Notes: generated by a model not told the origin, from the letters alone. Counted from the first letter of the stretch, positions 14,745-41,035 are shown. The stretch: DNA of 64,000 nucleotides from Chrysomallon squamiferum (GCA_012295275.1 CM022674.1:2542001-2606000), one strand, 5' to 3'. Made by a program: numbers and translations.

Positions 14745-14864
14745 CTGTGTGTAAAAATATATATGTGAATAACTGTATATATATGTGTGTATATGTGTAT
14801 ATCTATATATATATATATATATGTGTTATGTATATATATATACATAATAAACACACACACACAG

Positions 14865-16144
14865 GCACGTGCCGGATTAAAACCCCCCTAAAAAAGATTT
14901 AAATATGCCGTTTCAGACACAGTGCCGGATTAAAATGACACGAAACTGGAATATGGAGTTTTATTACATATGTTGCAGTTAAGCGTCTATCAAGTGTCAA
15001 AGCAGAAATAGTTTTTTACTTTATTTTTTTTATTATTTTTTTAATTTTTTTTCCATATCAAATTCCTCTGTGATGTCCTCCATATTAAGCACTGGTTGCA
15101 AAATATGCTTTCAGTAGCAGCAGCAAAAAAAAGATTTAACTTGTTTCATTTATCATTTCACGAACGCCAGTACACGAAAGTGTTGTATATATATAACGTC
15201 AATCCATCCAGATTTTTTTTTTTTTTTTTTTTTTTAATTTGCAAGTCGTTTTTCTCGTTTTGCCGTAAAGCTCGTTTTGTAATATTCCCCGTAACAGTCT
15301 TTACGTTTTAGACAGCAAAGCCAAATCGTTGCGTTTACACAGCTGACGTGATGAAAACTTCCATTAATTTCACTTTAGAAATGCACTGAAGGTTCGATAC
15401 CTTTAAGTCGCTGTACCATTACCGTGAAATTTCACACGACAACGCAAAACGTCCGCCGTGTGTATTTGTGCAGACTTCTGCTTTTTATAACCAAATCTAA
15501 ATGAGTGAATTCACTTAGGTATCAATACACATTAAATAATACATAAATTTACTCATCTAATTGCAAGCAATATTTGTTTATTGAACGAATCGCAATCATT
15601 TCATCTCACAAGTGTGCAGATTGCCTTCATTAGAAAGGTTTAGTGTATATATATATACGTCATTTTCACCTGCTGAAAGATACGTCCTATCTCGCAAAAT
15701 TGTTTTCGATAGGAAACGTGTCTATACGTGTATGTTAGCATTTCCGTGTATTTCCGTATCTTCCAGCAATGTCTTGAAAGATTAGAAAGGGTGAAGAAGC
15801 TTGTACCTGAAGCCATAATTACGTGATTTACAAAAAAAAAAAAAAAAAAAATCCATAGATATTAAAACGTATACAAAAAGATCGTTTTTTTTCAAGACTG
15901 ACGAGGCCTTTATATTTTACAGCATTTTGCTAATGATCTTTTTTCTTTTTTTTTCAGCTCTTTAATAACATTAATTAGCCTTATGACTTCTTTATAGAGA
16001 GTTAAGAAAGTTCATAAAATTCTAGCTCGCTAAGAATTGTCTCCATAACCAACATCTTTATCATGAAAGAAAATGTTATCTGAAACTGGAACCGAGTTAC
16101 TAAATCAGACAAAATAAACCAAACATCGAACCTTTCAGACATCG

Positions 16145-16181
<37 letters not shown>

Positions 16182-16614
16182 TGGCCGCTAAACTTGCCTG
16201 CTAATAATAATAATCAGTTGTTTATCAAAAACACGCGAATGAGTTTTGTGTTTTTACGTGGACAGTAAACTGAAACTGAGTTACGTACGTTACAAGTAGC
16301 GTAAGTCACGTACGTGATCCGATACGTGAACGACACGTGAACGGATTCGTGCTAAACCTCTCTCTCCACTGTTTAAGAAGTAGTCGCACTTGTGAAATTA
16401 TGTGCTATTGTTTGACAATGCTAATTACTGTATAAACTGTCCTTTTTGTTCTGGAATTTACACCCGGAATCCGATGTAGTAGAGAAGCATTTCGGATTAG
16501 ATCCAGTTTTTGTTCGTAACAGATTAACGATAGCTGGATGGAGGAGCTTTGCAGTGCTGCCCGGTTTACACAGAAATCCGGATTAGTCGAGGGCCACTTT
16601 TGGCAGAGTCTACT
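14865..16614 (+). mobile_element. Degenerate non-autonomous DNA transposon (Tc1/mariner-pogo-like termini); extent uncertain
   Basis: 14895-15003 matches 18378-18495 (aaatatgccgttt.agaca...aaaatgacacgaaa.tggaatatg...caagtgtcaa). The right end ggcagagtctact is an inverted match to CAGTGGACTCT at 18339. Confidence 0.5.
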
Positions 16615-16695
16615 TTTTCTTCCTTCATTATACTGAATAAATGAAATCGTACAGTGTTTTTTTCTTCCTTATTAATGCAAACGTTACGAGATTAA

Positions 16696-16752
<57 letters not shown>

Positions 16753-18299
16753 CGCGCGCGCGCGCGTTCAGTTACGACAACCACTGATAGCTATTTTTAA
16801 TCTTTTGTGGTGAATTACAAAATAACGGCTGTAACATCAGTTCCGAGAATTTTTCGAGCAGGTACTACTCACCTATCACAAGCGGGTCCAATATTTACGA
16901 AAAGGGGTAATTTGTCACTGTGTCAGATACAACTTTAAGTACGAAATGAATTTCGTTATAACTAACAGAAACCATCAGTGACACTTGCTTCACAACAGCT
17001 TGCTCTGATTAGCACGTTAATTTGTTTTCATCCAGTGACACTAAACACAGGGGTATTGTGATGTCGACGTCTTTTGCGGCTACAGCAGTAAATAGGTGAC
17101 GAGACGTCTACGACAACGACCTAGTAACGGCGACCTGTGCGTCTTACGAGAGCGACAACATACAGAGAAGCTCTTGCGACAGCTACGACATGGCCACTGA
17201 GTCAGACAGAGATACCGAACCAAAAAGTAACTGATAAATTAAAGCTACGTGTATTTAAAAAATAAATAAAAATATTTTTAAAAAAATTGACCTTTCTGTT
17301 CCTCTTTCGCGATATCTGTTGATGTAAAAGCCAAACAGTTGTACTAACAGAAAAAAAAAAAAAAAAATAATAAAAAAAAAATAACAAGATATTTATTATG
17401 AAAACAGTTTATATAAAGAAATAAAGAAATAATTAAAGAAAGTAAGAAAGAAAGAAAGAATTAAAGAAAGAAAGAAAGTTCGTAAGAAAAAAAAAATGAA
17501 GAAAGAAATATGTAACTCGGGCAAGATGAAAAACCTAGAAGATATTTCTAGACACACATACTTATCTCAGCGAATGTACCAGTCGACGGAGATTAATCGA
17601 GATCACTACGGGTTTTTACGAATAATACCTTTGATGCTGAAGACTGAAGCCAATTGTCAACGCACACCACATTAATGCAAAATTTGTTTATGCGAGTCAA
17701 AACACGTAACATAACAAGCTTATTAAGAAAACAGGTTTCTTACTCACCCCTGTATAATCCCTCTCCTAATTGTTTAAAGGGAAATCCTGCCCTGACACGA
17801 ATGTGAAAAGGAATAATCAAGAACTGATAACAAGCCGTAAAATATATGCAACCTACAAATTCAAAGAACGAAATAAGGACCTGGTCGATAACTGATTAGG
17901 CGTTATCTCCTTCTTGTTGTCAGTTTGCAGGATGATGCTGAGGAGGATGACGATGATGATGATGATGATGGTGAAGAACGTATAAGGAATTACTAACGTC
18001 ATTATAAGGACTCATTTAGCTATTTTGAAAACGTGTACCAACGAATTGTCTGAGAAATACTGTGTTTCTCTTGCTAACTAGCTGGGTTATTATTGTTAAT
18101 TATAACCATGTCAAGAGAAAAAGATAAATAAGTCTGTCTGTGTTTGTTTATCTCTGTGTGTTTGTGAATGTGAACGGATAGATAGATATACCTGTACGTG
18201 TGTGCATATTTGCGTAGATATGCATATACGCATGCTTATCGCCGAAGGTAAATGTATGTATGTATGTAAATGTATATGTATATGCATAATCGCGCACGC

Positions 18300-18333
<34 letters not shown>

Positions 18334-18338
18334 ATTTT

Positions 18339-18496
18339 CAGTGGACTCTATCAAAACTGGAATCACCTAGACCAACGAAATATGCCGTTTTAGACAGAGA
18401 GCTGGTTTATAAAGATTTAAAATGACACGAAATTGGAATATGTTTCATTACAAATATACTAGAATTAAAGAACGTCTTTCAAGTGTCAACTGATAA
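18339..18496 (+). mobile_element. Left-end fragment of the same element family as 14865-16614
   Basis: Begins CAGTGGACTCTATCAAAACTGG; direct similarity to 14895-15003. Confidence 0.6.
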
Positions 18497-19140
18497 ACAG
18501 TCTGTAACTAATCACATCGGTTATTTTATGTTTTCTTGTTTGAGGTCAGAAAGTTTGAACTGTTACTGGGGCCCTTCATCATCGTACTTAGCGGACTTGT
18601 TCCATGAATGATCATCATGCATAAAATAATAATAATAAGAAGAAGAAGAAGTAAGAAAGATAACCAAAAAAAAAAAAAAAAAAAAACCCACATAACCACA
18701 GCATCTCAGATTTTGATTACAATTTGAATTAAATTCGCTTCTGGGGGGCACCTACTGGATGAAAGGCCCTAAAGCTTGAGCTTCGTTAATTCCATAATAT
18801 CCCTGCCCCTGGTAATTATAGCAGTAATAGTAATAGTGGCAGTAATGATAGTAATATAATAGTTGTAGTAATAATGGTTGTTTTTTGTAGAAGGAGTACT
18901 AGTAATAGTGGTAGTAGTTGTATTAACAGCAGTAGTAGTAGCAGCAGCAGTAGTGTTAGTAATAGCAACAGTAATAGTTGTAATAACAGTATCAATAGCC
19001 GTAGTAGAAATAATAGTAACAGTAGTAGTAGTAGCAGCAACGACAGTACTAGAATTATTGTTAGTAGTAGTAGTTATAATCTTATTAATAGTAATAGTAG
19101 CAGTGTCATGCAATTCTGGACCTGCAGTAAAACTGGGGCA

Positions 19141-19204
<64 letters not shown>

Positions 19205-19399
19205 CAAAATGAATGCTCCCCAAATATCGAGTGTTGTCCTGCAACTGGAACAAATCAGATGATTAGTGGAGTAATGCCAAAAGACAAAAAAATATCTTAA
19301 ATACCTCCCTCGTCGGTCGCTAAACCAAACGTGTGAATCTGTTTCGACGTTATTTTTTTTTTCCTGAATATTTTAGCCGACATTGGTACGTGTCAGAGC

Positions 19400-19464
19400 T
19401 GACCTTGATTTAATACACCGATCGGAAAAGTGTGAGCTAAAAATAGCCCGCTCAGCTGACGTCA
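19400..19464 (+). promoter_or_regulatory. Clustered ERR/SF1-type site (TGACCTTGA 19400-19408), MEF2 site (CTAAAAATAG 19437-19446), E-box (CAGCTG 19453-19458) and full CRE (TGACGTCA 19457-19464)
   Basis: Consensus matches within 65 bp, about 180 bp upstream of a TTG|GTAAGT donor. Confidence 0.55.
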
Positions 19465-19519
19465 CTGGCCGAACTACATCAGCTGTCGACATAAACCGAG
19501 TCGGACGGAGCTCTTCCTT

Positions 19520-19642
19520 TGTGTGTGTAGTTTAATAGAAGAAAAAAAAAAAAGCGTAGCCGGTCGTAGCAGTTTTATTTTAATTTGTCATTCGCGGGTA
19601 CAGATCACTACAAGCAGACGTTATCCGGAGACTGCAGGATTT
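19520..19642 (+). other. Candidate non-coding first exon of the GRHPR-like gene (start approximate)
   Basis: Strong donor GATTTG|GTAAGT at 19643; downstream acceptors tactttcag (21642) and ccctcatcccag (22021); no ATG seen between 21643 and 22085. Confidence 0.45.
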
Positions 19643-20416
19643 GGTAAGTTTTTCTTATTTATGTTGTTTGTAGACTGGGGTTACGGATGTTATTTTGACC
19701 TACATCGATTTGTACGCTGCCATCACGTTTTGGTTTAGTAAAATGCGATTCACTTGACATCGTTTTTAAAATTGTTTGTTTACTTCTTTTTTTTTTTTCT
19801 CTCTCTCTTTTTTTTTTTTTGCTACATGGAAATATCGATATTTATATAAATCAGTGGTTATTTGAGAAAGAAGTTGACGCCACTTGAATGCTCTAATGCA
19901 ATACGTTTTTTCTTTTTCTTCCTATTTTTAAAAAGATATCTGACGCAGAAAATAGTCACTTATTATCAATAAAACCTAGCGGATGAAAAAAAAAAAAAAA
20001 AATTTTGCATGAGACCTTTTAACTGTACTGGCATGTAATGTAGGATGGTTAGATCCTATATTTATTTATTTATTTATTTATATATTTTTATTTTATTTAA
20101 GTGTTATTATTATTATTGACATTTTTATTGTTATTATTATTATTATTTCCAAGGCTTCGCATCTCGTTATCAGTCTGAAATCGATAACAAGTAAGTTCAT
20201 GTACGGTGTGTGGACGGATTAGGAATCCAATCGATTTTGTTTAAATGTTAATTACTTACAACTGGAAAACAGATACTTATAAATTGTTGACTGTTAATGC
20301 TATCGTTGCTTCTTCATTAAAAAAAAAATATATATATATATATATATAGAAAAAAAGAAAAGAAAAATAATGAAAAAAAAAGAAAAAAAAAAAAATAAAA
20401 TAAAATAAATCAGTTT

Positions 20417-20468
<52 letters not shown>

Positions 20469-22085
20469 TAAATAAATAAATAAATAAATAAATAAATCAG
20501 AAATAAAAAATAAACAAATAAATAAATAAACCAGAAATAATAAATAAGATAATAAAATAACTGAACGAGCATTTAGAAAATAAATAAATAAATAAATCAT
20601 AATAATAATAAAAATAATGAAAATAAAATACTTTATGTATTCACTGAAGCATGGGATGGGCTTACGCATAATATAGCGGTTTTTGGATGGGACATAATCC
20701 TTTGTAAACAGGTGTATGACGCAACTATTTTATGAGCAGATTCGATATCCGCGGTTTTGTGATAAGGACTGGTCGTGTCTGTCAAGAAAAAAACACACCA
20801 AAAACAGGTTGTTGAGTGTTTGTAAAAACATCCGTCTTTATTGAACGTACTCAATCAACAGAGCAAAGGTTTTAACTGCAGTATTCGTGTTTACGTCAGA
20901 TAATCCTCAGATATATGACCGGTATAAACGAACACGCATCGAATAGAGACGACGGTTACTCAAGAATCTTTGTTTGTTTATGAAATAAGACCCTTGAATA
21001 GTCCCATACACGTATAGTAAAGAGTATAAATCATGATTTTTATTTTATTTTTTATTTAACATTATTTGTTTCCTTCTTCACCTTCTTTTTATTTATTTAT
21101 TTATTTATCAATATATTATTTTATTTATTTATTTATTTAGTTAGTTAGTTAGTTAGTTATGTTGTGATATTCTTTAGTACTAGTAGAAAGCTAGCTGTAA
21201 TTAAATCAGGCGGTACAGAGACAATTGAAGTCTAAACGGTATACAAACAGCAATACACGTATTATTAGCAGGTTTACCTTTTACGCTGTTCATTATATAA
21301 ATAATGATGTTTTCAGAATGGCGTTTATTCCGTTTGAACATTTTTCGCTAGAACTGTTAATTGCTAATAAGTATTCTAATTCAATCCTCATAATACCGAG
21401 ACAAAAAACTAGACAATTTTTTCATTCTTTCTTTTTTTTTTTTTTTTTTTTTCTTTCTGTTTCTTTTCTTAAAGAAAATCTTTAACGTCGACAAGGAGAG
21501 AGAAGAAAGAGGTTTGATTGATTCAAGGCTTTTTTTTTTTTCTATTGAGAAATCTAGGTCACTTGGGACAGGTCGCGCTGATTGTTACGGTCCACTGCGC
21601 AAGGTCGATAGGTCAGTGACGCATTGTTTTGTTTACTTTCAGCCACCGTATTACCAGACTCCCCCCACCACCACCCCCACCCCAGAACCTCACTGCGTCG
21701 AATTACACCAGCTGACACAACCTGATAGACATCTCTCCGTTACAGCAAATCAGAAACAGACGACGTTCCTTCTTGACAGAAGAGCTACTGGAAGACAGAG
21801 AGAGCGCGCGTGCCCTCGCGCTACAGACGAACCAACCAACCAGACGACGACACCACCACAACAATCGACGCGCGGTTTCGGGGTATCTTCCGTGTGTTTG
21901 TTTTTTTCCCATTCTCGCTCTCTCGTTTCATTCTACGCTGGATCGAAAAGCGGACATCTCTCCTCCCCCACTCACGTCACGTGACAGCCACGGGGAACTT
22001 CTTTTTTCCCCCTCATCCCAGATACGAATATAAACCGTCAGCCGTAGTAGCAGCAGTATTTCGGTGATCGCGAAAAAACAAAACC

Positions 22086-33374
<11,289 letters not shown>

Positions 33375-33704
33375 GAGACTTGTTTAGCGAGGACAGTGGA
33401 ATCGGTGTCAAATAAAAGGTGGCAGTCCGGTTATATGAGAGACAGATAAGTTTTAAAAAGGAGAAGAAGAAGAAGAAGAAGAAGAAAAGAAAGACGATTT
33501 TGTAAATTGCAGTTGGAAGCAAACAGGTTGCTGGTTTAACTTGTTGTTGTTGTATTGCACCGAGTGGTACTAGTAAATAAATAAATGGGTAAATAAAAAG
33601 ATTACAAAAAATAAATATCCATAAATATATAAATGAAATGAAATACTATAATAAAAAAAAAAAAAAAAATATAAATATGTAAAGGTGTTCAAAGGTGAAT
33701 TTAA

Positions 33705-33796
<92 letters not shown>

Positions 33797-34833
33797 CATT
33801 ATCAAGACTAACCTAAGTCAAAATAACCTAAATAAACATTTAGAACAGACAATAGACATATTAAATAAAAAATCTGGATAAAAAAAAAAAACGAACATAA
33901 TAAGCAAACACTTGACTCAGATCAATTACGTAAACGTATATCTCAGTTAAATTGTGCAGTAGGATACATGATCTATAGTGATATACACAAGGAGTCATTT
34001 TCTGTGTTTTCTAGCTGAGTATTACTTAGAACTAGTTATACATGTGTACTTTAACGTTAATAGTGAAATATCGTGAGTTCATTCAAACATACATACACAC
34101 ACACAGACACGCAGAGACACGTATGTATATCTCATCACCGAACGAGTTTCATGTTTCTGTAAATTTCACTGACGAAAAACAAAAAAAATCGTGTAAATAT
34201 TTTAAGATTATTTGTTTTTAATTTTATACATATATAATTTTTTTTTCATTTTACAGTGAGAACAAAAAATCGTAGTCGATTTATTATTATTATTTTTTAT
34301 TAATGAAAGAAATTGGCTTTTAAATTACATGCTTTTTATTTTATAGACAGAACAAAACAAAGAAAATACATATATATATATATAAATAATATGATTTTGT
34401 ATTAGAACAAAAAAAAAGAAAAAAAAAGCTTTTTATCCTATTTCTGCTAATTGTACTGTATTGTATTTTAATCACGGGAAACAAAAAAAAGATTTCCACA
34501 TATTCTGTTGCGTATGTGCAGGTGCGTGTGTGCGGTATGTTTAAGATTATTTTTAATTTGCTTGTGTACATAGAAGATGTGATATTATTTTAAGGCGGAC
34601 ATAAAATGTAAAAAGACACAAAAAATGGCGATTTCAGAAATTGTTTGTTGTTCAGTTGTGGATCGACGTTATTGTTTGCTCTGTTAAGATATAATTTTTG
34701 ACTTGTTGAAAGTTGTCCTAAAACATTATTTTTAAAACATTAAAAATCTGAAATTGTTTGCTTCAGAGTTACATATACTGCATTTGTTTTATTGTTATTG
34801 TTGTTATTATTATATTATTATTGGTTATTGTTA

Positions 34834-34880
<47 letters not shown>

Positions 34881-35051
34881 TCTTAATATATATATATATA
34901 TTAATAGATCAAAAGCCAATAAAAGACAAACTCGGAGAGTGTGCATACAAAATGTTATGAACGAAAAATGAATGTTAAGTTTTAGAAATTACCGTTGTAA
35001 AATTTTAGGCAGCTACATTCTACAAGTTTTCTACTACAGTTATGTTTTTCT

Positions 35052-35115
<64 letters not shown>

Positions 35116-36652
35116 TAATAATAATAATAATTTTATTTTTTTCACCAGTCATAATTGAGATTCCAGTGTTTTTTTCATCGCTAGATGTTTTCTGACAAAG
35201 TGGAGGCTGTCTAACATATTCACTGTACTTAAATGATACACGTTTATGTGTGTATTTGTTTAATTAAAGCGAATTTTTTTATTCCTCTTTTTTCGATGGC
35301 GCACCGATCAAAACCATAATCCGGAATCAGTGTAATTCGTTAAGCTCTTTAAAACAGCAAAACTGACTGCCTGAAAGCAGCATTACCTCGTTACATTCAA
35401 GATCGTTACGTTGTTGCGCATAACATTCTAATTCTGTAATTCTGTAGTAAAACAGAAAAACAGTATTTGCTACTATATTGTTTATACTGCATTACAAAAT
35501 AAAGAGTATATATATATATAAATTAAAAAAATGACATATGGATTAAGCTGTCGCTCATTTATCCACAAAAAAAAAAGAAAGAAAAAAGAAAAAAAAAAGA
35601 GAAAAAAGACCATATGCAGTGAATAAACATTATTTTTGTTCTCTCTTAATATGTAATATTAATACAGAACAAAAATATGATTTTATTTTAATCTTTCAAA
35701 ACATTCCGATGAAGATGACATAATACGCGGTATGCAGTTCAAGCGGTATGTTATGAGTTATGTGTTGACTATCAACTTTAAACGTGGGCGGTTCTACTTA
35801 TTTGTTTACTTACATACTTGCCGACTTGTTCATTTACCTAGAAACGTACTTGTTATTTATTTATAATCCTTACGTTATATAATGAGTAGCTCTAAGTTCT
35901 GTAAAGACTAACGTGAACTTGGAAAATTTTAAAAACAACGGGTCGAGTTTGACGCAGTCTCAGGTAACTTGTCTTTTTTTTAAAAAAATAATCGGGTTAA
36001 CGACAGTTTTTACGACGAGAGTAATTCGAGCGTTCATTAAACGGGAATATACCGTACAGACAATCAGACAAAACTAACGTGAACCTCTCAAAACATCGCG
36101 TTGTGTTTTAAACTAGTCGCCATTTTTCGCTGAACGGGCGTGTTTTAATTCTGCCCTTATCACAGCGCACGAACTTCCGGTTAATCACGAAGTCGACCAG
36201 TGATTGTTTGTGAAGCAGACGACCTATTTTCAAGATTAAGAATATCTTGTGTCATTTTCGATACAGATAAAACTTAGACGTTTAATTAATCCGAATGTTA
36301 AACTCTTTATTTATGTAAAAATAAGATAGTATTTCATAATTTTACGTTTATTAGCGTATCTATGGACTGACCCATTTTCAGCATATCTCAGAATTAGTGA
36401 TAGTTCGGCGATTAAAGTATCTAGGTACTAAATGCAATGTCTGCGTAGCTTATGAATATATTTTTATAATCTGCTGTTAATGTACCAAGTAACATTATCT
36501 TACGTTTATCAAAATGTCTGTAATGCATCCGTCTTCGACATAACAATGTTATCATCCTTCACAGCCAAACAATTAAAACACTGCACCCATTTCCGATATT
36601 ATATAAATCTGCTGTTCATAATCATGCGATTTTAAGGGTCATTTATGCATAT

Positions 36653-36706
<54 letters not shown>

Positions 36707-37222
36707 ATTCAATATATACTTTCTTTTGGAACATTATTTCATTGTTTCATTCCATTCATTATAAATATCTATTATTAAGTATTCGTGGCTTTATATGAAT
36801 ATCTAGCTATGATTCTGGTTTGTTATTCAGTAACGCAGTGCCCATTAAAATGATTGGAATACGGGTGAATAATGACAACAGTTATTATCCGGTTATAAAA
36901 ACAGATCTTTTTTTAATACTGCAAGATGTTAATATTTCGAACGGTTTGTATGAAAGATATAAAACGAGAGTCCAGGTTTAGAATGCATCAAAACATTTAG
37001 TAGATGAATAGGGAACAAAAAATAATAAACCTGCTTTTAACATATTGCGTAATGTCTTTATACTAATGTAAAACTCACTGGTTGGTTGAATAGAAAAACA
37101 CATTAAAGATATTGTCTCCTACCTCTTTCATTCATCTGTATCTTGTTGTCAGTTAAAATAAAATTCTAGTTATCGTTACTGGGTTTTGTTTTATTTAGAG
37201 AGAGTATTGTGTTTACTGCTTT

Positions 37223-37299
<77 letters not shown>

Positions 37300-38743
37300 T
37301 TCTCCGTCCCCCTCCCTCTTCTTATCTCTCCCTCTGTCTCTCTCAATCGATCAGTTTTTTTTTTTTAGGCGTAATTACCCAGACAGTATAAATAACATGA
37401 CGACGTAAACATTCATTTAATAGTCTTAACGTCTGTTCAAGGTTGTTTACACGATTCTCTTGGGAAATAACCTAATAGAGATGGGATTTTTATTGGTTTT
37501 CGTTTAACGTAGAGTTAACGATAGCGAGTGTTTTCAATTACAATTTAATCTTTCCAGAAAGGATACAGTTTACACAAGGTCAAGATTTCAAAAAGGGGGC
37601 TTCATATCGGTTCATGTAATTTTCTAGACGAAATAGATTTTGTTACAGTTACTTAGGTAAAATAATTCCTTTCAACGAACCCTATATGTGCACAATTTAA
37701 AAAAAAAGAGAGAAAAGGGTGGATAATAAAAAAAAAAAAAAAAAAAAAAAAAAATTAAAGGATAAAGGATAGGAGGGAGTGTCCTTATGTTCATTATACA
37801 GGCTAATATGAATACTACACACATGTCGTAGCTATGTTTAACTCGTTTCGAACTGACTTAATATAATAATTTCTTTTCTGTATTAGACTGGAGAAACGCC
37901 TATGTCTATTTGAGAAATTTTCATCTTACCCGATGCGGAATGTTTGCGATTCCGATTTTTGCATCCGGTTCTGGTTATGACGTCACTGCATATAATACGT
38001 ACTCTTGTTACGACAGACAAGCCCGAATGGCTAGAATAACTTTAAAAAAATAATAATAATAATAATAATAAAAAATATATCATACATATAAACATAACAA
38101 CGACCCCTTCACGTGATTATTCTTAAACAGAATCAAATGAGGAATATTTAACGATACCTCTCGCCGTATTAAGATCAACATTTAACAGGTGTGAGACAAC
38201 ATATAATAATAACGTGACAGTAAATAGACTCATAACCATGACAGCCAGATAATCATCTATTATTCAATGACGTCATTTCATTATTTTCACTAATCGTCAT
38301 AAGATCTGTTATGATTACGTCATTGATAAGCGTGGGTTATGTCTTAGCTGATTACGTATTTATATATTTTGTTGTTGTTTTCTTCTTCTTCGTCTACTGC
38401 TACTACTACTACTTATTATTATTATTTTAGAATATTTGTAATGGAGAATTTGCTATCGATTATTCGTATTTCGCAAAATTGGTTAAGTGGAAGGAACATT
38501 TATTTCGTAATGTTATTGATAAAAACATAAATATTATTTAATGTAGATTTTATTTTATTTTATTTTTTTTATTTTTGGAAAGAAATGTGAATAAAATTTG
38601 TTGGTGGATTTATTTTATTGTGTGGGAAGATGCAGTGTCAAGATGCGCAATTATAAGAAACCTAATCGAACGGACTAGTTTTATCATGATTGTTATTTAC
38701 GATCGTTTATTAAGGCTTCAACTTCCTCGTGCGTCCTTCGCAC

Positions 38744-38756
38744 GTTGCTAGGTAAC
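38744..38756. promoter_or_regulatory. RFX X-box-like GTTGCTAGGTAAC
   Basis: Motif match about 3.8 kb downstream of the NPHP4 stop codon. Confidence 0.3.
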
Positions 38757-39364
38757 CGATTCATTATCTCCATAAACGTTAAACCTGTTTAGACACAGCA
38801 GGATCGTTAAGTGCCTGACACTAAAAATAAAATAAAATAAAATAAAATAAAGAGTGAAATAAATAACCAAATAATTAAATAATGAAATAAAAGAGAAAGA
38901 AAGCGATATTGATGATTATGACGGAGAAAAACGTCATACTTCTTGCAGTTAAACGTAGCAACATACATTAGTAAATAGCATATTTCCCGTCAAATAAGAT
39001 TTATCACTTCTAACTGGATTAGTGGTATAAAATATTTGTTCACAAATTTGTTCCGAGGTGAATTAATAACTTGCATTAAATAATATAACTGTGAGGAAAT
39101 ATTTTTCTGACTTTTGCAAATTTAAGTTCCAATAAAAGGTTATCATTCTTACTTTTATAGAAATACAAAGTGCATACCGTCCTAGTACACCATAGATCAT
39201 CATACCCCATCTACTACAGTTATCAGATTGGTTGGTTCTCTCAGTAATATTAATAACTATCAAATCACTCCTATGCAAAAACTCCCATAATAAATGCTGT
39301 ATCAAATAAAGATAAAATATAAGAAAAAAATATGTATGCATAGATTAAATTTTCAAACACACAT

Positions 39365-39452
<88 letters not shown>

Positions 39453-40969
39453 ACTGACTGACTTCAATAAAAAGACAGATGGAAAAGAAATAATAATGTT
39501 GATATAGGCTCTTGGGTTTCATTTTATAAAAATCTTTTAACCATATTAATTTTGAATTTAAACTTCAAGATGTTGAAAATTTAAACTAAACAGTAATTAT
39601 TAAAATTGTTTTGACAATAACTACTGAGTTTAAAACAGTGAACAATTTAAAAAATAACTACTAGACACTTATTAGATTACATACGGTATTATTAACAAAC
39701 AAGTTCAATTAACTATGAATGAATGAATAACAACACCTTTTGGATGTCAGACAAAAGTGTATAATTAAAAACAATGAAACAGTAACGAGAAATGTAGATG
39801 AATTTTGATAACATTTTATTTTTAATTATGCAAATATATTCACACAATGAATGTTATTTAATGAAATAAATATGAGAGCTCATGTTGACATGCAAAATGA
39901 ATTTTTGATTCACTCACATTTAACATTCAAGGTTTTACATTTTTGTTTTTGTGGTTTTTATGTTCTCATTAACTTATAAGAAAAAAAAAAAAAAAAAAAA
40001 AAAAAGAAGAAGAAGAAAAATGAAAGAAAAAAAAATATAATATAGATAAGAAAAAAAAAAAAAAAAAAAAAAGCAAGGAAATATAAAACTTAAATTAGTC
40101 AAAAAAGAAAGAAGAAAAAACAAAAGTATATTCATTCTTTCTTTTCCTTGCTATCCCCTGCTTAAACATAACAACAAATTTAAACTGTGTCATTTGATTA
40201 TTTCTATAACAGATCATATCGCTATGACAATCTGCTAACTATTCCTCTAAGAGAAATATGACAGGACGGACAATTCAAAGTGACTTACCAAAAACAAAAA
40301 TACATTATTATGACAATAACAAAATTATTATCAAAATAAAAAGACACATTTTGATATATTACTTCAGTTTTTGAAAATGGATGGATTAAAGATTTTAAGC
40401 ACTTTTAAACACACATTAACATGTATGGACGGAAAAACTCTATGGACAATATTTCTCATAAACAGTTTATTTTATTAAATAGCAAGTGTGCATACAAAAT
40501 ATTAAAATCAAAATTAATTCTAATTTAACTAAAATGCTACTTTAATTAATGCTAAAAATAATAATGATAATGATTAATAATTATTTCAGCTCTCCCTGCT
40601 TTTCTTAACAAAAATACCAGTTTAATTAAGAGCAAAATTAATAACCATTATTAATAATTATTTCCTAAATAAATCGTAAAAATATAAATTTTAGATTACA
40701 AAATTAGAATGTATTCAAAACTAGGTAAAATGTATTTTTTAAAACAAAACATAACTAAAATTAAAAATAAACTATAAATATATATTTTTTTCTCTTCAAA
40801 CTAATAAATATACAAATACAGAATATTAAAACAAAAAGTTATCCAAAGGTAAATAAAATAATATTATAAATAATATTAAAACATTTTTTCCCCTATAAAC
40901 AAATAAATAAGCATTAAATTTTATGAAACATTAGAACTAAATATTATTTTATACTGAAATATTTTTAAA

Positions 40970-41035
<66 letters not shown>

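Noticed and set aside
21514-21984. 156-aa ORF upstream of the GRHPR-like ATG
   Set aside because: No ATG start and no recognisable domain; reads as promoter or 5' UTR sequence
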